A stretch of 64,000 nt of DNA from Callorhinchus milii (lineage: Eukaryota): contig NW_024704805.1 in NCBI RefSeq assembly GCF_018977255.1, forward strand, positions 248,001 to 312,000. The letters are read 5' to 3'. The notes under the pieces were generated by a model. The model had not been told where the DNA came from and did no database searches. It was given only the letters and a program-made list of their open reading frames with translations. Positions 24,907-39,059 of this stretch are shown here, one piece after another (position 1 is the first letter of the stretch; every line of letters begins with the position of its first letter). The position numbers and the translations under genes were made by a program.

Positions 24907-26917
24907 CACAGTGTTCTGTGCCTAAGACGGACCTGTACAAAAACATATTAGGTTTACTGCAACTCAATGGTTAGAGCACTCAGCTCGCAAGCGTGAGGAC
25001 CTGGGTTCGGTTTCCGTCCTGGCAAAATGTTGTGCTTGTTTTCTTACTCATCATGCGTCTGCTCACCTGGCAGTCTGTAGGAAACTGGATGCTAATTGAT
25101 TGGCATATCGCATTTCACGATGCAAGAATTGTTTAAATCGGAAAAGAAAAATTCTCTTTATTCTGCAACAGTTTATGGGACACGGCTGTGTGCAATCGGC
25201 TGCCGCATTTTTCCCATAACAGACACAACCATTCACTTCACAATACAACTATGAAATACTGTGTAATATCTCGAAGACGTGATCAGGAGCCATATCAAAT
25301 GCAATGTTTATTATTATTTTTATTGGTTTACTGAGCGGGAAATAAGAACCAGGTTGATAGGAGTTTGGATGATCTATTTTATTCGATCAAAAAAGTGGAT
25401 CACTCAATCAAAGACCGTTTGTGAGAAGCTGCTGTGTGTATTTTGCTGCCAGGTTTTGTCCACAAAATACACTGTCGATACATTTTGCACTGTGAAGACA
25501 GTATAAATTACTAGGAATTTAATAAGGCTTGATATGAAACCAAAGGCAATTATTATAACAAACAGGTTGGTTTCGATACTCATAAGAATGGTGATGTGTG
25601 TCCCCACACACGTCAGACACCGGTTAAGAAAAATAAATGTGAATCTGCGAAGAATCATTCGGCGAAATAAATCTTACAACACAGTAACTTGTAGAACTGA
25701 ATTATGCTAGGAAACTTATGTTTTGTACCCAAACTGTTGTAACAGTTTACTCGGCGCTGTATCAAATGCAATCATTCGTATTATCATATCTGTTATTTTG
25801 GTTTTAGTAAATGAAGTGCGTTGCCTGAACACCGTGTGTCGCTGGTGCTCTGATATTTTCCCCATGCAACACTCGCTAAAAAGTCTGCTAAAAACTGGTT
25901 CAATAACACATATTCCTATACCTTTTTTTCAATAGTTTTCAGAATAACAGCTGTCACTCCCGTCCCTTTCCTCAGTTTGTACGTCCCATTCAGGAAAAAA
26001 ACAGATGTACTCGAAACATAGATTATTTGGATCACAGTTCATTTCAAGTGCAGGTAATGAGTCCACAAAATATAAGTGTGCATTAGGAATCTCTGGCTGT
26101 TCAGATCCCACAATTACTGGAAAATCTCTTACTTATATCCTAAACTATTGTAAAGTTCGATTCTACGGAACCCTGAGAAGCTATTGATCTCATTCCCTTA
26201 ATCACAACGTTCCTGATACACTATTCTGGCAATTCGCCAAGCTATCAAGATCTGGGCTCTTTACTAAGGACATCTGGGCCTATAGCTCAGTGGTTAGAGC
26301 ACTCTCCTCGCAAGCAGGCGGTATTGGTTCGATTCTTATTCGGGCAAAATGTTAGCCACTTATCCTTACTCCACACGGCATGGTTTAAACTTGCAGTAAA
26401 TAGTAACCCGGTTGCTACTCAAATGGGTGATAGATTTCAGTGGTAATAGTTACTCTTAGAAGGGCTAAATAAGTCATTCAAGCCACAAGTATTTGTGGGG
26501 CACGTCTGTCGGTAATTATCTGCAGTTCTGCGTCCACAAATTATGTAGTCAATTAACTTTACATTATGTTGTGTGAAGCGCTTTGAGTCGTCTCAATGAC
26601 CTGATAAGGTGTTACAACAAATGCAAGGATTATTGTTATTTTTTCTGTACCTTTGCTTCCGTCTTTGTAACTAGAACCCTCTACATTGTCTCTTCAAACG
26701 TTACTGTGGTTTGCCACTGCGAGGCGAAGTGAATCTGAACACAAGCGATAGGAGGAGTCGCAATACATCTGCAGCAATGAACAGAGACAAAGCAATGACG
26801 CGGGGATAAAAGTCAACGTCTCAAGTGAACAAACGTGTATCTACCAGGCGCTGACCTTGGATGATTTCTGGTTGCAATTCATCCGGATATATTGACGTGA
26901 ATCGAAGAGAGTTGAGA

Positions 26918-27375
26918 ATGAAGCCGATTTTCAGCACTACGTATATTATTTTGTATGTAACAATAAAGCTTTGGTGTAAGTAGTGTATGAATTTGGATAA
27001 ACCAATTCTTTTTACCCTCTAAATAATTACAGCTTATCGCGGCAGACACTTTACTAATTCCTTTGCGAGTATGTTAATTTCTGTTATTTTTCCAGGTATC
27101 TTGGCTGAAAGTGATGTTTCACAGTCACCTCAGGCCATGACAGGGAATGAAAATGGAAATGTATCTATGGAGTGCACCACCACTGTGTCCAGCCCAAACT
27201 TTCATTGGTACACACAGTATGGAAACGGTTCCATCCGGTTCTTGGTTTTGGGAAAAAGAGACATCAGTGAGAATGACAGGATAAGCGCTTTGGCTAATAC
27301 AAGGGAGAGAAACAGCACACTAACAATCCAAAATCTTCGTGTGACAGACAGCGCCACTTACTTCTGTGCAGAAGG
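26918..27375 (+). CDS. TCR alpha/delta V gene segment, apparently functional (leader 26918-26975, V exon 27096-27375)
   Basis: MKPIFSTTYIILYVTIKLW + CILAESDVSQSPQ...MEC...FHWYTQ...DSATYFCAEG. RSS: CACAGTG 27376-27382, 23 bp, GCAAAAACA. Confidence 0.93.
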
Positions 27376-29148
27376 CACAGTGCTGTGTGTCTAAGAGGGA
27401 CCTGTGCAAAAACATGCTGAGGTTCCTGCAGCTCAATGTTTAGAGCACTCGCTTCGCAAGTGAGATAATTGGGTTCAATATCGGGCAGTGCAAAATGTTG
27501 GCCAAGTTTCGATACTCCACATGCGTCTGTATATCGAGCAGTAAGTCGGAATATGGTTGTTAGTTGACTGACGGATCGTTTTTCCGATGGTAATAATTCC
27601 TATAAATAGAGAAAAAATTCAATCCACAACTGTTTGTGGGACACTGCTTCGCGCAAATGGCTGCGACATTTCGACCATAACATAATCAGTCAATTTACTT
27701 CACCGTACAGTCTACGAAATGCTTTGTATCATCGAATAGGTGATAGAGCGCTATATTAAATGCAAAGATCCTTATTATTTTTAATGTGTTACTGAGGCGG
27801 GACTAGGAAACGATTCATAGCAGTTTGGATGATCTCTTTTTCGGGTGTAATAATCCATCAGCAAAATGGATGACTCGATCAAAGACTGTTTGTGAGACGC
27901 TGCAGTATGCAATTGGCTGCCAGGTATTGTCCAGAAAATACACTTTCGATAAACTTTACAGTGTATCCTTTGAAGACCGTACAATCGAATCGGACATGTG
28001 GTAAAGCGTTATGTTAATTACAAGCGCTTTTATTACAACTCACAGGTTGGTTAGATAATCATATGCATGGAAATGGTTTCCAGATATGTCAGACACCAGG
28101 CTAACAAAAAACACATGTTTATGTATGGAGGATCATTCCCCGAATTCAGTCGTACAATACAATAATTTGTAGAAAGTGTCCAGCCGTCTGCACACACTCA
28201 GGGCTTCCACTTAATTCCTCGTCCTACCTCGTTTTAACCATCTATATCACAATAATTCTTGACATTTGATACAGCGCTTCATCTCGTCTCCGCGATGCCT
28301 CACAGCACTGCAGAGAGTACAGTATAATGTGTCGTGACTGTGAATTTTATGGGGGAAACTCGGGAACCAATTTCACACAACAGTCGCGGTTTCAGCGAAA
28401 AACTTTTGAGAGGTTGTTATACCCGTCAACAGGACTTGTTTTTCAAATGTGCTCACCACGTCTAGCACTGTTTGTGAGACAACTTGCGTCCACATGGGCT
28501 GCCGCATTTAGTCCACATAACAAACAGTCACTACAGTTTAATGCAAAAGCTGAGAAGCGCTATGAGAGGTCACAGTAATGTGATCAGGAACTATATCAAA
28601 TGCACTGATTACTGTCACTATAGAAGCAGAGATGTGAAAAATCTGCTGTTTGTGAAGGAACGGGAGGATTATCCTGCCAACAGACAGTTGGCATAAATAA
28701 GCCTGGACATGAGTAATAAAAGAGAATTAATAGGTACATGTCCAGAATGTAGCCGAACATAGATTCACATGCTTCTAGCCCTGGTTCAAAGTTAAGTAAT
28801 CAGGATGAGTCCTTCTAGTGAACACAAATGTGGGACACATGTATAAGTTTTGTTCAAACTTAATGAGGGTTTAACGTGATGCATGTGTCAGACACCCGGT
28901 TCAAAAGTGACATGTCAGTAATGGAAGAGAACCATTGGAGGATCGAGATGGTAGAGCAGAGAAGATGATGCATCATGACAGAGGCACAACGTTTGTACAT
29001 AACCCTCAGACCTGCTGCCTCACAGTATATGGCAACTTCTTTTATATCATTTCTTACTCAGCTCATCACTGCATCGTACTTCCTCCCAGTCAACATTCTC
29101 CAACTACGCCATCAACGCACTGTCAACACCCGTTGCCATTAAATACAT

Positions 29149-30006
29149 ATGACAATGTATATCTATGTGGCAGCCGCCATCATTATCTTGTCAGGTAAGC
29201 CATCAACTCGATTAAGAAGTCTCTATCCCGCAGATATTGTCCAATGCCTATTTTCTTGCATTAGATAAGCAAAACGCTACAGGAATTTTGGCGTTGTAGA
29301 GTCCTGTAGCTCAGTTGATATGGCGCTCGCATCGCAAGAGAGAGGACTTGGGTTGTTTCCTGGGCAGGAAGAAACCTCAGGTGAACTTCGTTACGAGGAG
29401 CACACGACGCTGTTTCAATAGCTGTAGGAATCCGTTGTAAGTGAATTTGCGAATGGATTTACATGGTAGGATAATCCCTACGATTTTCTTCACGATTCGT
29501 TCAATAAAACCACGACTGTTTGTGTGCTGCTGCATAACTGAGAGCTGCATTGTCCCAATAAATACAATTCACGTGTTTTCTGTGAAGTACTTTGTAATGT
29601 TTCGAAGACACGATGAGTCGTTGTATCAAATAGAGGTAATAGTATTATTATTAACGTTGTTGTTGTATTGAACGCTGATTTCTGTCTTGTTCCCAGGATA
29701 TTGTGGAGGAGATTCTGTGACACAGCTCCAATCTACTGTGACAGTGAATGAAGGGGAGACTGTTTATCTGCAGTGTAATTACACAGCCACAAGCGACAAT
29801 CCATATCTATTCTGGTACCGTCATTATGCCAATAAAGCTCCAGAATATATCCTTAATACGTACATCAGGAATAACAAGCAGCAACTTGCAGACTTTGCAA
29901 AAGAACGTTTCTCAACGAATGTGTCTCAAGCGGAGACAACGGTTCACATGAATATATTGCAAATGAGAGTTACAGACTCCGCGGTGTATTACTGTGCACT
30001 GAGCCC
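29149..30006 (+). CDS. TCR alpha/delta V gene segment, apparently functional (leader 29149-29194, V exon 29697-30006)
   Basis: MTMYIYVAAAIIILS + GYCGGDSVTQLQS...LQC...LFWYRHY...DSAVYYCALSP. RSS: CACAGCG 30007-30013, 23 bp, ACAAAAACT. Confidence 0.94.
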
Positions 30007-31727
30007 CACAGCGGCACAGATCAGCGATTCCGCCCTACAAAAACTGCCATGTGGAGTCCGGCAGCTCAATGATTAGCGGATTCACCTCGCATTGTGCGAG
30101 TTTCCTTATTTCACACACAATCATATTTAACGAGCAGCAAAAGAAGGAACCCGGTTGTTATTCGATTGCCGAATCGATTTCTCAGCGGTAATACTTTCTT
30201 CAAAACAACAATATTATTCTGTAGTATTCATTCAATCTTGTGGGACACTGATGTGAGCAATTGGCTGCCGCGTTTCACCCACACAATATGCAGTCAATTA
30301 GCGTACAGCCTATTCTGTGAAGCGATTTGAAGTGTCTGGAATACGAGATATGGCGCTATACCAAGTGAATTAATGCAATGAATTTTATTATCATTATTAA
30401 ATGTAATAAATGTATATTCACAGGAATAACTTTAAACATCTTGCTTCCTTGGGAGTCTCGCAGCGTGTGCATGTCCATTTGTGCTGTTTAAATAAGTAGA
30501 CGTACATCCGAAACAACAACTTTCTTTTATACAGCAACATTCGCAATCCGAAATGATAAGATTAGCCGTGAACTATTTGCTGTCAAATGTCTCCAACTGT
30601 ACACGTGCTTTAGGTACAATCCACCAGCAGATGGCGCACCAAAACATATATAACAGGAGCTGCAACTCAGATAACTTGTCCGGTTCCTTTCTGTAACTAA
30701 TTGACTTGTCACCAATAACAGGTGCTTCCTGTTACAGGTGACATACTTCCATCATACACATTGTTACTGGATCAACTCTAATTTACAAAGATTTGCCTAC
30801 GGCGTGGCCTCAGGTGACTCAAGAAGCAATTTAAATTGCTCATTCTATGTTTTATTCTCATGCTCCCAAGTAAGCAGCCGCGCTTAATGGTTCTCGTTTC
30901 GGGAACAAATGTGCTTCATTTTGTTAGCAGCAATATGTTCGCTTGTTTTGGTTTCAATGCAGAAGAAGATTAAAGCTGACTTTCTTTAATATGGTTCAGG
31001 TATCTTAGTTTGCAGATTCCTTATTTTGATGCAATGATAAGAAGGTTTGGCCATCGATAACAATAATAATAATAACAATAACCTTGCCTTTGATACAGCT
31101 CTTTTCACGTTGGAGGTGGTTCCAAGATATTAAATAACATTTCTGTAAAAAGCAGTAACTGCACATTGTGAGCCAAAACAAAAAAAGCAATATTCACGCA
31201 TTAATTTCCCCACGAATATTCATAACGTGGACACTGAGCTCAAAGTGCCGACTTGTCTCCTGAACCAACAACATTCTGACTCACAATAGAAACTACCATC
31301 AACAGAGAAAGGTTGTCACCTTAGCCTCGATGATAGAAATGAAAGCTTTAATCGCTTAGGTGAGACTGCATTCTTCAAAATCTGCCAAACTAAAGCAATC
31401 ATAGCAATGGTAATAGACTTTGCACTTTATACAGCGACTCATTACTATTCGAGACGTCTCAAATAGCATCACAGAATATAACGTAAATTACATTCTTTGT
31501 GTGTGAAAGGCGGTCGATGCTCCCATCTAATCCCAGGCCCATTGGCTACCAATCGCCAGAAGATCAAATTTAAGATCCTCTGGTGAGTGGGAGACGCCTA
31601 CAATTGGAAGTAATAAACCACTAAAGACGTCAGATCAGCCGCTTCCTCACAACTTTTCAGTGAAGCAGCAACACAACGATATACAAAGAAAGAGATTCCA
31701 TTATCTGTCCACACCTCAGCAGCCAAC

Positions 31728-32541
31728 ATGACAGCTCTCTGCCAGTTACTGATAGCAATCCTCACCATAGCCAGTAAGTATGAGTGGACATATACAGTGC
31801 ATGGCCTTTACATTATATTATATCAGAAGCTTAGTGTTGAGAGCATTCATCTCACAGGCGAGAGGAACTGCGATCGATTCTCGGGCAACTCGAAACTTCC
31901 AGCAAGATTGCTTACAGCTCAACCGTCTGTTTACCGGCAATAAGTAGCAACCCGGATGATAATTGTTTCAGGGATAGCTATCCGAGAGTAATAATATATT
32001 AAAGAATAAATCAATCAATAGTAATTTCGTCAATCAATCCATGACGGTTTGAGCGACACTGCAATGCTTAATTGGCTTCAAAGTTTCTCCTTCAAAATGT
32101 AGTCAATTCACATAATAATATATTCTGCGGGAGCATTGAGACGCCCAAACCGTGTGATAATGCGCTACAGAAAATAAAATAATTATTATAATTATTATGA
32201 CTGCAAATCATCACTGAATTTTGCTGAGCAAAATGTTTTGTTTTACTTGCAGAAGTCGGCGGGCAAGATGTAGTCACCCAACATACTCCCGAGATAACAG
32301 ATTTTGAAGGTCAAAACGTGACAATGAACTGCAGTTATTCCACAATAGACGTTGCCTTCTGTTACAGGCAATATCCTGATGGAGCTCTCCAGTACTTGTT
32401 CAGGATATATGTCTCTGGAAATGTAGACAATCCTCCTGACCGTTTCAATGCCGAGCTGATCAAGGAGAATAAAGTAATTGAGCTGCAGATACTCGGGGCT
32501 GTTGTGGGTGACAGCGCTGTGTATTACTGTGCCATGAACCC
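31728..32541 (+). CDS. TCR V gene segment, open frame but conserved FR2 Trp replaced by Cys (leader 31728-31773, V exon 32253-32541)
   Basis: MTALCQLLIAILTIA + KVGGQDVVTQHTP...TMNC...AFCYRQY...DSAVYYCAMNP. RSS: CACACTG 32542-32548, 23 bp, ACAAAAACT. Confidence 0.88.
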
Positions 32542-33336
32542 CACACTGTTACAGGAAGGCAGATTCCCCGTACAAAAACTCAGCAGAGAATCATGGCCTC
32601 GTCTCAGACATTTAAGTTCGTTTTTTGAACAGACGGATGTGCTTCCACAATTATAACAGGGAGTGTGGTGTACAGACTCTGGAGTCCTGTATTGTTGTGG
32701 TTATAGCACTCGCCTGAAAACAGAGTGGACCTTGGTTCGATTCCCCGGCAGGTGAGTGCGGAAACTTAGGCAAGTCTCCTTACTCCACCCACTCGCCACG
32801 GTGCACCGAGCAATAAGTAGGAATACAGCTGTTAGTCGATTGGGGGATAGTTTTTTTCTAGAGTATATTCCCTTCGTAAAGGAATAATTATGATTTAGTC
32901 AATTTACAACAGTTTGCTGTTCGCTGCTGTGTAGAATTGGCTGCAGCGTTTCGCAAACAAAATAAAGCGTAAATTGCCTCTCAGCTGTATTCAGCAACAT
33001 GCGTTGAGACTTCTCGAAGACGTGATAAGGCGCTGGAAATTAACCCAGTGTTAGTTTGCTAACCTCCAGGAGTTACCTTAAACCACACTCAGAGGATCCT
33101 AAATTTTGCCTCTTGCAAAACTTCAATTAATTTATACACTTTACTGTAGATACTGTGAAGGGCTTTCAGATGTCTTGAAGATGTATTGAGGCGCTATAAC
33201 AAATGCAAGGATTATCATTATTGTTAAAACTTTCAGCCACTCAGCAAGTACAAATGGTTATTCCAGAGAGACAGAGCGAGACTCAGAGAGTGAGAGAGCG
33301 CGAGTGAGTGATAGATAAGAGTGAGAGATATGAGAA

Positions 33337-33488
33337 NNNNNNNNNNNNNNNNNNNNNNNNNNNNNNNNNNNNNNNNNNNNNNNNNNNNNNNNNNNNNNNN
33401 NNNNNNNNNNNNNNNNNNNNNNNNNNNNNNNNNNNNNNNNNNNNNNNNNNNNNNNNNNNNNNNNNNNNNNNNNNNNNNNNNNNNNNNN
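33337..33488. other. Assembly gap (152 N) within a (GA)n microsatellite extending to about 33630
   Basis: Run of N flanked by GA repeats. Confidence 1.
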
Positions 33489-33561
33489 AGCGAGAGAGAG
33501 AAAGTGAGAGAGAGAGAGAAAGAGAGGGAGAGGGATGAGAAAGAGAGAGTGAGAGAGAAGA

Positions 33562-33624
<63 letters not shown>

Positions 33625-34963
33625 GAGAGAGAAGGATTTCGTTTGCAATATACGGAATACTCAATGTGCAGCTTGGAAGCACGGAATTGAATAATAAAAA
33701 GAAAACATAAAAAGTAGACAGTTTAAAATATTGCTACTCTGACCACCGCAATTTGTGTCACACTGCTTTGTGAAATTCGTCGATTCGTTTCCGCCAAATA
33801 AAACGCTGTCACTACACTTGTTAGAATAACCTGTCTTGCGCTTTAAAACGTCTCGTAGACATGATGAGGCGATATACCACACGCATGGATCATTATTATA
33901 TCTCCCAGTTTGATTTGAATCATCATAAGCATGGTCATGGGTTTCCACATATTTCAGATACCAGGTTAACAGCAATAAACGTTAATATATGAAGCGTTAT
34001 TCAGCGATTTAAACAGCAGAGCAAAATAACTTGTAGTAATGAAATTTGCCAGAAATTATAATATTTTGCACCCAAACTCCTGAAACCCAAATGCACAGAG
34101 GCCGGAAGGACACTGTCAACTAACTGGGGCAGAGACCGCCGAGAGACTGCTGACGTCACGTGCCTCTTCCGATTTCGCTTCGAACCCTCTCAATGTCTCT
34201 TTTAACCTCGTTACCAAATTGACATCTGCCCCCGGAGATGTGAAGCCAACACACATTAGACCATTGTCCAGCCGTCTGTACACACTCAGGCGTTTCCACT
34301 TAATATCTCCTACTACCTACTTTTGACGAGATATTATAAGAATACTTGCATTTTGAAGAGCCCCTTATCTTGCCTCTGAGACGTCTTAAAGCTCTTAGCA
34401 GAATATACTCTGATGTGTGGTCATTGTGCATTTCAAGTACGAAAGGGGTTATTACCCCCAACAAGGAAATCGACAATGGACTGACAACAAATTTCCGAGT
34501 TGATGCTTGGTGCACAGTTGTGTGTGCGGGAGTAAGGAAACTAGGCCAACATTTTATATTGACGGGAATGGAACACAGATCTCTCGCTTGTGTGGCGAGG
34601 GAGTGAGCTCCAGGACTCCACGGATGGCACACATTTGCGGAACTCATGTATGCGTTTTGGATGAACTTAAATACTGGTGTAACTTCCTGCAGGTGTCAGA
34701 CACTCAGCTAAACAAATGAATGTCAGCGATGGAAGAGAACCAATGGAGGAGCGAGATGGCAGAGCAGAGAAGATGACGGAAAGTGACAGAGACACAAGGT
34801 TTGTACATAACGCTCAGACCTGCTCCCTCACAGTATATGCCAACTTCTGTGTGTCATTTCCTGATCAGCCCTCCTCTCAGTGCCTTACTGAATCCCAGCC
34901 AAAATTCTCCAACTGCACCATCAACGGTCTCTCAACGCCCCGGGCCATTAAATATATAAGAAC

Positions 34964-35772
34964 ATGTATATCTATTGGGCAGCAGCCATCATTACCTTGT
35001 TAGGTAAGCGATAAACTCCCTCGTTAAGTCTGGTCCCTGCAAATAAAATCCAATGCTTATGTTTTATTGCATACAATAACCAATATGCTGCAGGGCTTTA
35101 GCGGTCGACTGGCGGCACAGGTTAAAACCTTCGGCAAGTATGCTTACTCCACACACAAGCCGGTGTTGACCTACCAGTACGTAGGCTTCCGATTATAAGT
35201 CGATCCGCAGATGCCTTTTGTGGTGTGATAATCCCTTAAAAAAAATTACCTATGATAATATGTGCTCGCCATCCAGAACTCGTTAGCGGTTACTTCTGTG
35301 CGCATACGATGCGGTGCTTTGCCCAGAAAATACACTTAATGTGAATTACATGAAGCGCTTGGACATCTCCAAGCTGTGGTAAGTCGCTATATGAATTGAA
35401 AGCTTTATCAACGTGATTATAATTATTGTATTGAATGTTGTTGCATTGTGTCTGTTTCCCAGGATATTGTGGAGGTGATTCAGTGACACAGCTCGAATCT
35501 TCTTCAACAGTGAATGAAGGGGAGGATGTTACTCTGCAGTGTAATTACACAGCTACAAGCACCACCACTCCCTATCTGTTCTGGTACCGTCATTATCCCA
35601 ACAGAGCTCCAGAATATATCCTTTGGACATACAGCAGGGGTCAACCGCAACGTGCAGACTTTGCAAAAGAACGTTTCTCAACGAAAGTGGAAGAACGTCG
35701 TAGAACCGTCCCATTAAATATAGCCCAAGTGAGAGTTACAGACTCCGGGGCATATAACTGTGCACTGAGTCC
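34964..35772 (+). CDS. TCR alpha/delta V gene segment, open (leader 34964-35003, V exon 35463-35772)
   Basis: MYIYWAAAIITLL + GYCGGDSVTQLES...LQC...LFWYRHY...DSGAYNCALSP; paralog of the 29697 V. RSS: CACAGAG 35773-35779, 23 bp, ACAAAAACT. Confidence 0.9.
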
Positions 35773-38204
35773 CACAGAGGCACAGATCAGCGATTGCGCC
35801 CTACAAAAACTGCCATGTGGAGTCCTGCAGCTCAGTGGTTACAGCACTCGCAAGCAGCAAGCAAGCGAGATACGTCGGTTCGATTCACGGCAAAGCGCTT
35901 TGAGGCATTGCGAAGATATGGTTTGGCACTGTAATAATTGCAACGATAATTATTGTTAAATAAGATTATTTTATTTTCACAGAAATAACTTCATATATTT
36001 TGCATTCTGGGGAGACCTGCACGTGGAAGTGTCTTTCCCTGTTCTTTGAAAAAAGAGTAAAACATCAGAAACCTTAACTTGCATGTACGTAGTGAAATTC
36101 ATAACGGGAAAGTTATGACGGGTCGAAAACTGTTTGCTATCAACTGTCTACAAATGCAGAAATGCTGTAGCTGCAATCCGCCAGCAGATATCGCACTGGA
36201 AACATATATAACAGGAGCTCCGACTGACATAATTTGTCACATTCCTTTCTGCAGCTAATACTTGGCAGCAATAGCAGGTGCGTCTTGTTACAGTTGACAT
36301 AGTTCACTCATAAACACTGTTGCTTCTTCAGCTGAAGTGTAAAAATCTAGTCTAAAACATGATTCGCACAAAACATACATTGCTCAAGAAGCATTATTTG
36401 TGACACTTTTTATATGTGTTGTGTTTCTGCAACATAAGCAGCGGCCTCTTTGTGGATCTCACTGCGGTAATAAATGTGTTATTTTTTGTAAAGAACAATA
36501 CGGTCATTGATATTGGTTTAGCTTGAAAAAGAGATTACAACCGACATATTTTAATTTAATTGAAGAATTCAAGAACTATCTCGTATCGCCTGTGAGATGA
36601 AACTGACGAACTGGGTCCAAAACCAACAACATTCAGACGCATAAAAGCAAGTACCAGTAACAGAGACAGATTTTCACCTCAGCCACGATGATAGAAAGTA
36701 AACTTTTTCTAAAGCTGGGCTGCTTGGTTCAAAATCAACCAAGTGAATGCATTCAGAACAGTATTGAAAATAAAAATGAGCATTTGATATAGAACCATAT
36801 TGCGTCATGGAGGCGTCTGAAAGCGCTTCATAGAATATACTTTAAAACAAAATTGTGAGTGGGTGAAACGAGACAAAAATTTTCTCTCAAGTGTCTGCAA
36901 TTGCACACTTGCTGTAGCCATAAGCCATCAGCAGATGGTGAACTAAACACAAATATAGCATGAGTTGCCACTTACAAGACGTGTCAGGTTCCTCTCTGTA
37001 ACTAATTTCCTTGGCAGCAATAACAGGTGCTTCCTGTTACAGTTGACATTGCTTCCCTCATACAAACTATCGCTGCTTCAGCTGAAACGTAGAAAGGTTT
37101 CTCTATAGCATGATTGACACAAGGTTTAGGTTGCTCAAGAATCAATTTCTGTTGCTCCTTTTCTATTTTATTGTCGCTCTCTCAAATAAGCAGCCGCCTT
37201 TAAGTGGACCTCACTGCGGTAATCAACCGGCTAGACTTTGCTAAGGACAACATTGTGGGTTTTTTCTGGTTATTTTGGGTAGGAAATTGAAACTGTCCTT
37301 GTTTAATTCAATTTAGGAATTGAATAATTATCTTAGCTATTTTTTCCCGAGCTTTTCTGGTAATTCCATGCAGGATTTTACCGCAATAATAATAATATTG
37401 CTTGTCTTTAATGTAGGCCTTTCATGATTGAGGTGGGAGAAAAGAGGATATTTTCAGTTACTGTGAAATAAGTGATACAATAGGCAATTTGCGCATATAA
37501 ATTTCCCCACAAGTATTAATAAAATGGGTGACGGCAAATTGTCGAACGAAAAGCATTCTGCGAGATCAGAGAATGCAAATGTAACAGAGAGAGGATGTCA
37601 TCTCAGACTTAATGATAGAAAGTAATCATGTATTCATTCAGGATAAGCTGCACGGTTTCATCACTCTACATCCAAATCCTTGCGATGATTATGTCCAGGC
37701 TAGATTACACCACAAGTCTGGTCACTCTACAATCTGACCCTTCCATTCACAAATTGCAGACTATCCAAAAATCTGTATGATCTGTTATTTTCACACACGA
37801 TTACACAATTTTTTGATCTTAACTTATCCCACTCTACTTGCTCCCATTCCACAGCGAATTCAACCGCCTGAGACCGAATTCAAGATCCTCAGACTCACTT
37901 TTAAATCCTATATGGTTATCTCTAATCCTGCCTCTGCGATATCATGGAAACGAACACATTTGGTCTTCATTTTAGTGTCAAGCCGGTCACCAAATCGAAT
38001 TGGCTCGCAGGAAATTCGCTCACCCCTCCCCCCAGAAAATAAACTGTGAAACTTTAACTTCCCTCCAACGTTGAGCAGGGGATGCTCACGTCAGTTGATT
38101 AAGAAGTGAGGTCATCGCGATCAAGTGTCACCTGATTCAAAACCATAAGCCTCCAATCAACACCAATAACTTTTCCACTCAAGAGCTCAGTTGCGGAGTA
38201 AGTG

Positions 38205-39059
38205 ATGGGGTTGGAGGGAGCCAGTGGGTGTCTGGCTCTCGCTGCCATTTTAATAGGTAATTTATTATAACAATTATAAATCTTTCAATTTTTTTTTAAA
38301 TCATTTAGCTGAATCGGTTTCCTTTTCTGCTCATATTATTAAACATATTAATAATTGTAATCGTGTTTTATATGGCGCTTCAATATGTTTTCGAGCAGTC
38401 TCAAGGCGCTTCAAGTAATATACTGTCAATTGCAGAGACGTTCTGTTTCGCGGGGGAGATTCGGTAGCCAATTGCGCACAGTAGTGTCCCCCAAACAATC
38501 AACGATTCACTGACTACATTTTAAATGTCTGTTATTTTCTTTTTGAACGGAATATTATTCCCGGATAGGGATCAGCTAATTGTTTAACCAACATATTTCT
38601 ACTTAGTGTTGGATAATCAGAAGTGTGTGCTTTAAGGAAATTAGCCTAATTTTATGCCCTGTCCTGTCCCGGAATCGAACCCGGGTCCTGTCGCTTGCCA
38701 GGCGAGCGCTCTAACTACTGAGCTACAGGATTCCACGTTCTTGTCTTTCAGGCCTGACCCAGGGAGACTCTGTGACAGAGAAGGTGGCTTCAGTGACTGG
38801 GAAAGAAGGAGGAAGTGTGACCATGGAATGCCATTATGAGACATCTCTTAACGGCTACTATTTATACTGGTATCGAGAACAACAAGAAAAGCAACCACAG
38901 TTTCCGCTTAAAAAGGGTTCTAGTGGTGATATAGATAAAGCAGACTTTGCTAAAAAACGTTTCTCTGCAGAGCTCCAAACCTCGACAAAATTCACCAGTT
39001 TAACCATCTCCCTGTTGGAGCTGTCTGACAGCGCTGTGTATTACTGTGCTCTTGAACAA
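38205..39059 (+). CDS. TCR alpha/delta V gene segment, apparently functional (leader 38205-38256, V exon 38752-39059)
   Basis: MGLEGASGCLALAAILI + GLTQGDSVTEKVAS...MEC...LYWYREQQ...DSAVYYCALEQ; paralog of the 8608 V. RSS: CACAGTG 39060-39066, 23 bp, ACAAAAACT. Confidence 0.95.
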
